Of a stretch of DNA of 64,000 bases, positions 50,506-59,387 are shown in pieces. The notes under the pieces were generated by a model. That model worked only from the letters and a program-made list of their open reading frames with translations, did no database searches and was not told where the DNA came from. The stretch is from IMG/VR virus record IMGVR_UViG_3300020432_000004; one strand, written 5' to 3'. Position 1 is the stretch's first letter. Each line of letters opens with the position of its first letter. The DNA comes from a virus. Lineage: Duplodnaviria; Caudoviricetes. The position numbers and the translations under genes are program-made.

Positions 50506-51178
50506 TATTAATCAGGACATAGCAGTTCTATTAGCATACTGTATGCAGGACTTTGAGGGTGTAGAACCATTAGAGTGTCCTATGCCAGAAGTTAAAAGGG
50601 AAGATCTTGTCATTAGAAATACAATGTACAAGACACCTAAACTTAGGAAGATACATTTAGAACTAGCAGAACTAAAAGGATTAAAGATATTACACTGTGT
50701 ATTTTTTCCAGACCCTAATTATAATTTACCTATCTTTGGATGTGATATAGTTGCTAACGATAAGATTGTTAGTGCTGCTATTGTTGACGTATCACCAGTA
50801 AAAGGATTTGAAGAGTGGGATAAGATTAGAGATATTAGTAATGCTTTTGACTTTAGTGAGAAGAGACATATACCTGCATGGGGTGATGATGTATTTTCTC
50901 CTTATGCTAAGTTTATGCGTTTAAGTAATGACAAAGACATATCAAACTTCTATGTTCTTGTAGTAAACTACTTAAAAACATATTGTGATCTAGTAGATTC
51001 TGCTGAAAAGGATGACAACTGGATCATGACTATGCTAAGATATGATGACCAGATTCATTATTGTAAACAACAAAAAAAGAATGACAAAACACGTGCCATT
51101 CTTGTAAATTTATTTGATGAAACTTGGGCAAATAATTACATAGATAATGTACTATTTGACCTTCCTAGGATTAAATAG
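50498..51178 (+). CDS. pcyA: Phycocyanobilin:ferredoxin oxidoreductase
   Basis: RKIHLELA, ILHCVFFPDP.YNLPIFGCDIV, SAAIVDVSP, QQKKNDKTR (E/H/D catalytic set). Confidence 0.92.
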   Translation: MHNINQDIAVLLAYCMQDFEGVEPLECPMPEVKREDLVIRNTMYKTPKLRKIHLELAELKGLKILHCVFFPDPNYNLPIFGCDIVANDKIVSAAIVDVSPVKGFEEWDKIRDISNAFDFSEKRHIPAWGDDVFSPYAKFMRLSNDKDISNFYVLVVNYLKTYCDLVDSAEKDDNWIMTMLRYDDQIHYCKQQKKNDKTRAILVNLFDETWANNYIDNVLFDLPRIK

Positions 51179-51328
51179 ATTCCAGTTCTTATTGAAGATT
51201 ACATCTATGTAAACCCATTTTGCATAGTGAACTCCACGATAACACAGCAGGGCAAAGACCTTCTCTGGATTATGAATTTCTGGATCGTATTCTGGAACAT
51301 CTGGTATCTTCCAATTAATTTGTAACAT
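51152..51328 (-). CDS. 58-aa peptide with YRG motif (DUF4278-like), not in ORF track
   Basis: AGGAGG SD and CTAAATA promoter on the minus strand; MLQINWKIPDVPEYDPEIHNPEKVFALLCYRGVHYAKWVYIDVIFNKNWNLFNPRKVK. Confidence 0.7.
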   Translation of the reverse strand: MLQINWKIPDVPEYDPEIHNPEKVFALLCYRGVHYAKWVYIDVIFNKNWNLFNPRKVK

Positions 51329-51397
51329 TTGTCTTTACCTCCTGTAATATTTAGTGTTCGGAGATCCTAACAAAAAAGTTCAAGCAAGCACATTTTT

Positions 51398-51562
51398 ATG
51401 AAAACTACCAAATGGTCTGCCTACATTCTATTACAATCTAATAGATTAACTAAAGTAGAATTTACAACCGAATCAAATTTAAGAGAAGATGCTGAACAAC
51501 GTTGTAAAGCGATGTATGGAGTAAGTGATATCAGACAGCTTAAAAGAGAGTGGACAGTTTAA
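51398..51562 (+). CDS. 54-aa hypothetical protein (not in ORF track)
   Basis: MKTTKWSAYILLQSNRLTKVEFTTESNLREDAEQRCKAMYGVSDIRQLKREWTV. Confidence 0.6.
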   Translation: MKTTKWSAYILLQSNRLTKVEFTTESNLREDAEQRCKAMYGVSDIRQLKREWTV

Positions 51563-51621
51563 TTAGTGTACCACGTGGCTTGCAAATGGTATCGTTTACT
51601 ATTATAATAAATGTATAAATA
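51552..51621 (+). promoter_or_regulatory. Composite cobS promoter: upstream IR, sigma70 box and late box
   Basis: GGACAGTTTAATTAGTGTACCA; TTGCAA(51580-85)-17-TATAAT(51603-08); TATAAATA(51614-21). Confidence 0.7.
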
Positions 51622-51639
51622 AATGATTCCGATTACATC

Positions 51640-52710
51640 ATGACTTTCCAACCAATCTTTACTAAAGACGATCTCCTTAACTTCTTTCAAGCAGGAGACA
51701 TAGACACAGAACAAGTAAAAGCATTCGCTACAAAATACAATGTTCAGATTCAAAGTGTCACCAAGAGAATGAACAAACTTCCACAGTTCCAGAAACTAGG
51801 TCGTGGTCGTTGGAATCTTACTGCACAAGAGATTCATAAGGCATTTGTTGCACCTTCTGCACAACCTGCTGTTGAGACATCTTACATTCCTGATAAGGAC
51901 AACACCTATGTTCCTTTCGGTAACTACAATAGTCTCAAGAAGATTATACAGTCTAAGATGTTCTATCCTGCGTTCATCACTGGTCTATCTGGTAACGGAA
52001 AGACTTTCTCTGTTGAGCAAGCATGTGCTGCTCTAGGACGTGAGTTGATCAGAGTCAACATTACTATCGAGACAGATGAAGATGATCTTATCGGTGGTTT
52101 CCGTCTTAACGATGGGTCAACTGTATGGCATAACGGTCCTGTTATTGAAGCACTCGAAAGAGGTGCAGTACTTCTCCTAGACGAGATCGACCTAGCATCT
52201 AACAAGATTCTATGTTTACAATCTATCCTTGAAGGTAAGGGTGTATTCCTTAAGAAAATTGGAAGATTTGTAAAACCTGCTGCAGGTTTCACGATTATAG
52301 CCACCGCTAATACAAAAGGAAAAGGTTCTGACGATGGTAGATTCATAGGAACTAATGTTCTTAACGAAGCATTCCTTGAGAGATTCCCTATCACTTTTGA
52401 GCAAGAGTATCCATCTGCATCTATTGAGAATAAGATTCTAGCAAATCAAGGATGTGATAAAGAGTTCGCAGACAACCTAGTCAAGTGGGCAAGTATCATC
52501 CGTAAGACATTCTTTGATGGTGGTGTTGATGAAGTGATTACAACACGTAGACTTGTTCACATTGTTCAAGCATTCAACATCTTCAACAACAGATTGACTG
52601 CTATCACTCATTGTGTTAACCGTTTCGATGATGACACTAAGCAATCATTCCTTGATCTTTATACTAAAGTTGACGCAGGGGAAGAAACAGAGTATAATGA
52701 AGGGGAATAA
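51640..52710 (+). CDS. cobS: CobS-like MoxR-family AAA+ ATPase
   Basis: GLSGNGKT, ETDEDDLIGG, LLLDEID, TANTKGKG, NEAFLERF, TRRLV. Confidence 0.92.
   Translation: MTFQPIFTKDDLLNFFQAGDIDTEQVKAFATKYNVQIQSVTKRMNKLPQFQKLGRGRWNLTAQEIHKAFVAPSAQPAVETSYIPDKDNTYVPFGNYNSLKKIIQSKMFYPAFITGLSGNGKTFSVEQACAALGRELIRVNITIETDEDDLIGGFRLNDGSTVWHNGPVIEALERGAVLLLDEIDLASNKILCLQSILEGKGVFLKKIGRFVKPAAGFTIIATANTKGKGSDDGRFIGTNVLNEAFLERFPITFEQEYPSASIENKILANQGCDKEFADNLVKWASIIRKTFFDGGVDEVITTRRLVHIVQAFNIFNNRLTAITHCVNRFDDDTKQSFLDLYTKVDAGEETEYNEGE
52670..52698 (+). promoter_or_regulatory. Sigma70 promoter inside the cobS 3' end
   Basis: TTGACG(52670-75)-17-TATAAT(52693-98). Confidence 0.75.
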
Positions 52711-52722
52711 TAACCCTTCATT

Positions 52723-53037
52723 ATGAGGAAATACAATGAGGATGGATATCTAAAAGAGATTTCCGAATACATTGCTAATACATACCGAGGTCATTATTCT
52801 GTAGGAAACGTACAGACTCTTGACCTCATTGACTCTGTTGGTGATGCTGAAGCATTCTGTAGAAGTAATGTTCTAAAGTATGCATCACGTTATGATAGGA
52901 AAGGGACAGCAAGAAAGGACATTCTAAAGATTGTTCACTATGGTCTACTCCTCCTACACTTCAACGACAAACGCGAAAAAGCAAATCAAACTAATGCAGG
53001 AACTCCTTCTGCCTTTACTGTAGATTACGACAAATGA
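52723..53037 (+). CDS. DUF3310-like conserved phage protein
   Basis: TYRGHY, FCRSNVLKYASRYDRKG..RKDILKIVHY. Confidence 0.75.
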   Translation: MRKYNEDGYLKEISEYIANTYRGHYSVGNVQTLDLIDSVGDAEAFCRSNVLKYASRYDRKGTARKDILKIVHYGLLLLHFNDKREKANQTNAGTPSAFTVDYDK

Positions 53038-53693
53038 TTATGATTACCAAACCCACTATTGAAATTCTAAAGAACTTTTGTTCTATCAACAAGTCTCTTG
53101 TTATTAAACCTGGCAATAGGTTAAGTACATTAAGTATCAATAAAAATATTCTTGCCTATGCTGATGTTGAGGAACAGTTTGATTCACAGATGTCTATCTA
53201 TGATCTCTCAACATTTTTAGGTGGGTTATCTTTATTTGAGAAACCATCTATTGATACATCAAAAGATAATTATGTAACTGTTAGTGATGCTGCAGGACGT
53301 TCTAAAACTAGATTCTTCTATGCCGATCCTGATATTATTACACAACCTCCAGAAAAGGAAATTACTCTTCCTAGTCAGGATGTTAGTTTCCATCTTGATG
53401 CTAATGTTCTTCAGCAACTTCAACGTGCTGCTTCAGTATATCAACTACCAGACTTATGTCTTTATGGTGACAGTGAAGTAATGAACTTGACTGTATGTGA
53501 TAAGAAGAATGATACATCAAACAGTTATTCAGTTGAAGTAGGATCTACAGATGCTGAGTTCTGCTATTGTTTTAGAGTTGAGAATTTAAAACTATTACCT
53601 GGTGCATATGATGTGTCAATAAGTAAAACTAACGTTGCACTCTTCCAAGGTAATGGGATAAAATATTTTATAGCACTAGAACCAAACACATGA
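53034..53693 (+). CDS. gp45: Sliding clamp gp45
   Basis: TIEILKNFCSINKS, IYDL..FL, ENLKLLPG.Y.V.IS, YFIALEP. Confidence 0.94.
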   Translation: MIMITKPTIEILKNFCSINKSLVIKPGNRLSTLSINKNILAYADVEEQFDSQMSIYDLSTFLGGLSLFEKPSIDTSKDNYVTVSDAAGRSKTRFFYADPDIITQPPEKEITLPSQDVSFHLDANVLQQLQRAASVYQLPDLCLYGDSEVMNLTVCDKKNDTSNSYSVEVGSTDAEFCYCFRVENLKLLPGAYDVSISKTNVALFQGNGIKYFIALEPNT

Positions 53694-54187
53694 ACATCTT
53701 TGTGACTGACCCAGACCCCATTAAATCAGCACAAGTCTTACCAGACAAACACATAGTAAAGATGCCATTAGAGACATGTCAAATGCTTTCTATTGTTGCA
53801 TCAGAGAAATGGGGTCATGGATTCGGTGTTCTACCTAAAGTAGATGGAGCACCATACAAAACAGATAAGGGTGCATTTCGTAATCACCCTTGTACTATCT
53901 GGGCACAGAATAACTTTCGTTGGTTGATAGAACATGGTCTTGCATTGTGTGCAGAATATACACACAGATATAACAAGACACATAGTTGTCAATACACCAT
54001 AGAGTGTGCGGATATTATTTTCCCAGATTGCCCACCACCAACATCATTTGTATTTGCAGGTCCTGATCAATTCAAGTATGATACTAGCATTGACATCTTT
54101 ACTGCATACAAAAGATATGTTGCATTTAAACCTTGGGTCGCCACTAATTACTTACGTGACCCATCTCGCAAACCAAATTGGGTATGA
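53690..54187 (+). CDS. Pyrimidine-dimer DNA glycosylase/endonuclease V-like protein
   Basis: MNIFVTD.DP..SA..LPDKHIVKMPLETCQMLS, NHPCTIW, LCAEYTHRYNKTH. Confidence 0.75.
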   Translation: MNIFVTDPDPIKSAQVLPDKHIVKMPLETCQMLSIVASEKWGHGFGVLPKVDGAPYKTDKGAFRNHPCTIWAQNNFRWLIEHGLALCAEYTHRYNKTHSCQYTIECADIIFPDCPPPTSFVFAGPDQFKYDTSIDIFTAYKRYVAFKPWVATNYLRDPSRKPNWV

Positions 54188-55125
54188 ATGATTTTTTATG
54201 GGTGGAGAAATACAGACCAAAAAAGATTGAGCACTGTATTCTTCCATCAAATGTGAAAGAGACTTTTACTAGTTTCGTAAAGCAAGGAGAGATACCAAAT
54301 CTCTTGTTGTCAGGAACAGCAGGAGTCGGTAAAACAACTATTGCAAAAGCATTATGCAATGAATTAGGAGCAGACTTCTATGTTATTAATGGGTCTGATG
54401 AGGGTAGATTCTTGGACACTGTACGCAATCAGGCAAAGACCTTTGCTGCTACTGTTTCTCTTACATCTGAATCTCGTCATAAAATTCTCATTATTGATGA
54501 AGCGGACAATACGACACCCGACGTACAATTACTCTTACGTGCCTCAATCGAGGAGTTCCAGAAAAACTGTCGGTTCATCTTCACGTGTAATTTTAAGAAT
54601 AAAATAATTGAACCTCTACACTCTAGAACAACTGTTATTGATTTTAATGTTCGTGGAAAAACAAAACAAGAACTCGCTAGTAAATTCTTTGAACGGTGTC
54701 GTGGGATTCTTGTTGCAGAAGATATACAATACACTGATTCTGTGGTCGCTCAAGTCGTCCAGAAATACTTCCCAGACTTTAGAAGAACACTCAACGAATT
54801 ACAGAGATACGCATCTACAGGAAAAATAGATACTGGTATCTTGGCAACCCTTGGTGATGCTAAGATAGATCCACTTGTAGCATCATTAAAGAACAAGAAA
54901 TTTAATGATGTTAAGAAGTGGGTTCAACAAAATATAGATAACGATCCTATATCTATCATGCGTAAACTGTATGATAGTTTACCTACAACAGTAGATAGTC
55001 CTAGTGTTGCTGCAGCAGTTTTAATAATTGCTGAGTATCAATACAAGGCAGCATTTGTTGTAGACCAAGAGATAAACTTATTAGCTTGTCTTACTCAAAT
55101 TATGTTGGAGTGTAACTTTAAATGA
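54184..55125 (+). CDS. gp44: Clamp loader large subunit gp44
   Basis: LWVEKYRP, GTAGVGKTT, IIDEAD, PLHSR, FPDFRR; ATGA overlap gives start 54184. Confidence 0.96.
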   Translation: MNDFLWVEKYRPKKIEHCILPSNVKETFTSFVKQGEIPNLLLSGTAGVGKTTIAKALCNELGADFYVINGSDEGRFLDTVRNQAKTFAATVSLTSESRHKILIIDEADNTTPDVQLLLRASIEEFQKNCRFIFTCNFKNKIIEPLHSRTTVIDFNVRGKTKQELASKFFERCRGILVAEDIQYTDSVVAQVVQKYFPDFRRTLNELQRYASTGKIDTGILATLGDAKIDPLVASLKNKKFNDVKKWVQQNIDNDPISIMRKLYDSLPTTVDSPSVAAAVLIIAEYQYKAAFVVDQEINLLACLTQIMLECNFK

Positions 55126-55388
55126 CTAACAGATTTATGAAAAAACGTGAGAAGATCAGGGCACAAATGAAGTCCAGATTCTATTATTTGTTCTGGGGTG
55201 CTATGGCAGGTGCTGTTGTAGGTGGACAAATTTATGTTGGTACATCTTATCGTTTTATGGCAAAATCAATGAACAGATGGTTTGATGAAACTGTTCAGAT
55301 ATTGCAACAACCAATAAAACCTAGAACAATGGTTCCTATCCCAATGCCTACTCCAGATTACTATGACAATCCTATGATAATCAGATGA
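55122..55388 (+). CDS. Hypothetical single-TM protein
   Basis: Basic N-terminus followed by a hydrophobic segment. Confidence 0.6.
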   Translation: MTNRFMKKREKIRAQMKSRFYYLFWGAMAGAVVGGQIYVGTSYRFMAKSMNRWFDETVQILQQPIKPRTMVPIPMPTPDYYDNPMIIR

Positions 55389-56005
55389 AAAAGATAGGAA
55401 TATTTCCAACAAATATCTTTGAGTTTCAATTACATGATCTCCAACTTCGGGATGATGTCTATAGTTATATTGACACTCTTAAGATGAGTCGGTTTAACTT
55501 TCCACATAGAGTCATGAGTTCTCATGGTGATCTTCATAAACACGAAGAACTTAAACCATTGTATGATTGGTTTCATCAGTGTTTAGAAGAGGCAAGAGTA
55601 GCAGAAGGATTACAATGTGAAAGTTTAAAGATATCATTGTCATGGGCAAACTGGGCACCTAAACAATCTGGTGCAGGTCACCCAATGCATAGACATAACT
55701 ATGCGTACTACTCTGCTGTATATTATCTTACAGAAGGATCACCTACAGTCTTTTTAGATCCTGTAGATATTAGAGGGTTAGATACTCTTGAAATATTACA
55801 GGGAGATAGAGAGAGTGTTCCTAATGAAAAAGAAATAGTTGCAGAACCTGGTAAACTAATTCTATTTCCTGGTTGGTTAAGACATTGTTCAGCACCACAT
55901 CATCAGGACTTTAATAGATTTACTATATCATTCAACAGTCTTCCTGATGGTGCCATTAACGGTGGTCCTGGTGGAGTTCCAGTTGCAACCTTGAAAATAT
56001 TATGA
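55385..56005 (+). CDS. Putative 2OG-Fe(II) oxygenase (TIGR02466-like)
   Basis: W.N...HPMHRH..SAVYY, LILFPGWLRH, RFTISFN. Confidence 0.8.
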   Translation: MKKIGIFPTNIFEFQLHDLQLRDDVYSYIDTLKMSRFNFPHRVMSSHGDLHKHEELKPLYDWFHQCLEEARVAEGLQCESLKISLSWANWAPKQSGAGHPMHRHNYAYYSAVYYLTEGSPTVFLDPVDIRGLDTLEILQGDRESVPNEKEIVAEPGKLILFPGWLRHCSAPHHQDFNRFTISFNSLPDGAINGGPGGVPVATLKIL

Positions 56006-56826
56006 TGAAAACTCCATTGCGTTATCCTGGTGGCAAATCTCGTGCCACAAAAAAGATAGCACAATTTCTTCCAGATCTTACAAAGTATAAATCATATCAT
56101 GAACCATTCTTAGGAGGTGGGTCTGTTGCATTATACATTGCTCAAACTTATCCTCACCTAGACATCTGGGTGAATGATCTATATACACCATTAATAGAAT
56201 TTTGGCAAACCCTAGCATCCAAAGGAGATGAACTCTACAATGAACTTATTCAACTTAAATACAGGCACTGTGAACCTGGGTCTGCTAAACAACTTTTTCT
56301 CGAAGCTAAAGAGTATCTCGATAGAGAAACCTCAACCACATTTGATCGCTCCGTTAGTTTTTATATTGTTAATAAGTGTAGCTTTAGTGGTCTCACAGAA
56401 TCGTCCTCCTTCTCCCCTCAAGCCTCAGACAACAACTTCACAGTTAGAGGCATTGAAAAATTAAAATACTATAGGAGTATCATTGAAACTTGGAAAATCA
56501 CCAACACGACGTACGAGGAACTATACACTGATAGTGTGGGCACTTTTACTTACCTTGACCCACCTTATGAAATCAGATCTTCATTGTACGGAAAGCGAGG
56601 TAGGATGCACAAAGGATTCGATCACGATAAATTCTATGAAAACTGTGATCACTCCTGTGGACACATGATGGTATCATATAATAGTTCTCAGTTAATTAAA
56701 GATAGATTTGTAGACTGGGATGCACAAGAGTACGATCACACCTACACTATGAGATCAGTAGGTGACTACATGAAAGATCAACAAGACAGAAAAGAATTAC
56801 TTTTATTAAATTATGGCATACGATGA
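56002..56826 (+). CDS. dam: DNA adenine methyltransferase (D12/Dam class)
   Basis: PLRYPGGKS, EPFLGGGSV, VND, YLDPPY. Confidence 0.92.
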   Translation: MMKTPLRYPGGKSRATKKIAQFLPDLTKYKSYHEPFLGGGSVALYIAQTYPHLDIWVNDLYTPLIEFWQTLASKGDELYNELIQLKYRHCEPGSAKQLFLEAKEYLDRETSTTFDRSVSFYIVNKCSFSGLTESSSFSPQASDNNFTVRGIEKLKYYRSIIETWKITNTTYEELYTDSVGTFTYLDPPYEIRSSLYGKRGRMHKGFDHDKFYENCDHSCGHMMVSYNSSQLIKDRFVDWDAQEYDHTYTMRSVGDYMKDQQDRKELLLLNYGIR

Positions 56827-57211
56827 TCGTTATCCTCTAAAGGATTATTTGAATAGTATTAATTACACTAAGGATTACCTCATGGAAGAGGATCCAGACT
56901 GGGAAAAGAATTACCCAACTTATGTTATTAATAAGTGTATGTCACATCATATGGATACTATTGTCTTTGCTAATGAAATGAATAGATATCCTAATTTAGA
57001 TAAACGTTTGCAATATGATTTTTATATACATACTGTTAGACCCAAAAGAAGATTTTCTCCTTGGGCAAAGAAACAGCAAGTGAAAGATCTTGACCTTGTG
57101 AAAAAATACTATGGTTATAGTAGTGAAAAAGCAAATCAAGCCTTACGGATCTTAACTCCTGACCAACTTAACTACATTAGACAAAAACTGAGCAAGGGAG
57201 GCAAGAAATGA
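56813..57211 (+). CDS. gp62: Clamp loader small subunit gp62
   Basis: LKDYLNSIN, ANEMN, QYDF....RPKRRFSPWAK, YYGYS.EKA. Confidence 0.92.
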   Translation: MAYDDRYPLKDYLNSINYTKDYLMEEDPDWEKNYPTYVINKCMSHHMDTIVFANEMNRYPNLDKRLQYDFYIHTVRPKRRFSPWAKKQQVKDLDLVKKYYGYSSEKANQALRILTPDQLNYIRQKLSKGGKK

Positions 57212-57624
57212 ATGATGTGGATTGGACTAAAGATGATATGGTTGAAGTCACTCTTAAAGAACCAGATGACTTCTTAAAAATAAGAGAGACTCTTACTCGT
57301 ATAGGTGTAGCATCTAGAAAAGAAAGAAAGTTATATCAGTCATGTCATATTCTTCATAAGAAAGGACAGTATTACATAGTACATTTCAAAGAGTTATTTG
57401 CATTAGACGGTAAGAAAGCAAATCTTTCAGAGAATGATTTACAACGCAGGAATAGAATTATTAAACTACTGTCTGATTGGGGACTAGTAGAGATTGTTAA
57501 GGTATCAGATGTGGTAGATGTAGCACCACTAAGTCAGATAAAGGTAATAGCATACAGGGAAAAGGGAGAGTGGATCCTTGAGTCCAAGTATAACATCGGT
57601 AAAAAGAGACAAGTATCAGAATGA
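57208..57624 (+). CDS. regA: Translational repressor RegA
   Basis: PDDFLKIRETLTRIGVAS, LYQSCHILHK.GQYYIVHFKELF, LL.DWGL. Confidence 0.97.
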   Translation: MNDVDWTKDDMVEVTLKEPDDFLKIRETLTRIGVASRKERKLYQSCHILHKKGQYYIVHFKELFALDGKKANLSENDLQRRNRIIKLLSDWGLVEIVKVSDVVDVAPLSQIKVIAYREKGEWILESKYNIGKKRQVSE

Positions 57625-57650
57625 TATATAGAGTAGGTAAACTCTAAATC

Positions 57651-58061
57651 ATGACAGAAGCAGTTAAAAAAGAAGAACCTAAGAAGAAAGGTATCCTAGG
57701 TAAGCTTAAAGAAGCAGCAGACGATAAAGAAGAGCAACTCGCTATTCTTTCTACATTCGTAAGATTGGCAGTGCTTGTGTGGTCCGCAGGGATCTTGACG
57801 TTAGCATATGTTAAATTGCCAGCTGCATTTAAAATACCAGAACAAAAACTGGATCCAACTTTCATAGCTTCGGTCTTTACTGGTACGCTAGCTACTTTTG
57901 GCGTACAAGCGGCTGGTAAGAAAAAGAATGGTGATAATGGTGGAGGAGCAAGCATATCTAAAAAAGATATGGAGTTCCTTATTGCTAAAGCATCAGAGAC
58001 TGCACCTGCTCAAACTATAAGAATTGAGTCAGCACCTGTCAAAATTGTCCCTGATAAATAA
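57651..58061 (+). CDS. Two-TM membrane protein
   Basis: VRLAVLVWSAGILTLAYV and DPTFIASVFTGTLATFGV, with charged termini. Confidence 0.7.
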   Translation: MTEAVKKEEPKKKGILGKLKEAADDKEEQLAILSTFVRLAVLVWSAGILTLAYVKLPAAFKIPEQKLDPTFIASVFTGTLATFGVQAAGKKKNGDNGGGASISKKDMEFLIAKASETAPAQTIRIESAPVKIVPDK

Positions 58062-58065
58062 GATC

Positions 58066-58302
58066 ATGCAAAAAATTATTAATGTACTTGCTATTGCGTC
58101 TACTGTTGTATCTGCTACCGTTGTTGGTGGTGGTATATACGTATACCTCAATAGGGCATCCATCATTGATGGAGTTAAATCTAAAGTTATGGAATCAGTT
58201 ATGCCATCTGTACCAGGTATTAATGGATTGGGTTCTGGAACTACACCAGAGGTAGGACTTCCTGAGTTACCTGTGGCAGATGTAGAAGTTCCTAGTTTTT
58301 AA
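58066..58302 (+). CDS. N-terminally anchored small protein
   Basis: MQKIINVLAIASTVVSATVVGGGIYVY; GATAAATA late box at 58053-60. Confidence 0.65.
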   Translation: MQKIINVLAIASTVVSATVVGGGIYVYLNRASIIDGVKSKVMESVMPSVPGINGLGSGTTPEVGLPELPVADVEVPSF

Positions 58303-58311
58303 GAGGTAATT

Positions 58312-58905
58312 ATGAATAAATGGATAGGTATTAGTCTGGGAGGAATCTTAGGCATAACACATATAGGTATGATTGGTATGATTGCTACTCAGAAAGGTAG
58401 TAAATTACCTAAGATTGATATACCTCATGGTGACTATACTTCTTATGTTATCTCAGCAAGCGAAGAAGGATATAAAATAAGTTATTCAGCAAACGATCCC
58501 AAGACAGCATACATTACTAAAGATATTAAAGAGAAAGGTGGATTCCTAGGACTTGCAAATAATACTACTAAGGTTACAGAAGAGTACTTCATGGATGGTC
58601 AGATCAATCAGGGAGGACCTGTATCTAACAATAGGTCTTGGATAGATATGCCACCTGGTTTGACTGCAGCTCAGGCAGCTGCAATAGATGAGATCAGAAA
58701 AAGTGAAGCATGTATCGAAGCAGTCGGTGCAGCAAAAGGAACTGGGAGACTGGTTGGGACTAGCATTGGTGCTGCTGCTGCTCCTAGTCTTTCCTCTATT
58801 CCCTTTGTTGGTTGGGTTGCTGCAGGTTGGGTAGCAATGTTTGGTGGAGATCAAGGTGCAGATATAGGTGGTAACATGGCAGAAGATTTAAACAAGAACT
58901 GCTAA
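58312..58905 (+). CDS. Membrane protein with C-terminal glycine-zipper hairpin
   Basis: N-terminal TM; GRLVGTSIGAAAA..IPFVGWVAAGWVAMFGG..GADIGG; two Cys. Confidence 0.7.
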   Translation: MNKWIGISLGGILGITHIGMIGMIATQKGSKLPKIDIPHGDYTSYVISASEEGYKISYSANDPKTAYITKDIKEKGGFLGLANNTTKVTEEYFMDGQINQGGPVSNNRSWIDMPPGLTAAQAAAIDEIRKSEACIEAVGAAKGTGRLVGTSIGAAAAPSLSSIPFVGWVAAGWVAMFGGDQGADIGGNMAEDLNKNC

Positions 58906-59387
58906 TGCAGACTGTTGATAATTTTTTAAGTGCTGAAGAGTTCAATGATTTGGAGTCTCGCATACTAGGAGACCATATTGATTGGTATTGGAATGATGGT
59001 ATTACTCATGAGGGTGATGGGTTATTCCAATTTACTCATACTATATTTGATGCACCTAAAGATCAGAAGAGTCCTTTGTTCTATCATTGCAAATCAGTAT
59101 TAAATAAACTAGGTGGTGCTGTCTATAGAATAAAAGCAAACCTAACTATTAAAACTGAATCACATACATACACTGGTTATCATACAGATTTTACTGAAGA
59201 GGAATTTGTAGGACAGACTGGTGTTTTTTATATGAATACTAACAATGGATGGACTGAGTTTAAATCTGGTATAAAGGTAAATAGTATTGCAAACCGCATG
59301 TTAATATTTGATTCTAAGTACGAACATGTAGGTGTAACATCTACTGACAGTAATCGTAGAGTCGTTCTAAATTTTAATTTTAAGTAA
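58905..59387 (+). CDS. 2OG-Fe(II) oxygenase
   Basis: RIKANL, YHTD, NTNNG.T.F, NRMLIFD...EH.G, RVVLNFN. Confidence 0.8.
   Translation: MQTVDNFLSAEEFNDLESRILGDHIDWYWNDGITHEGDGLFQFTHTIFDAPKDQKSPLFYHCKSVLNKLGGAVYRIKANLTIKTESHTYTGYHTDFTEEEFVGQTGVFYMNTNNGWTEFKSGIKVNSIANRMLIFDSKYEHVGVTSTDSNRRVVLNFNFK

Noticed and set aside
51640-52710. Cobalamin biosynthesis from the cobS label
   Set aside because: No cobN or other cob genes in the window; better read as a MoxR AAA+/VWA pair
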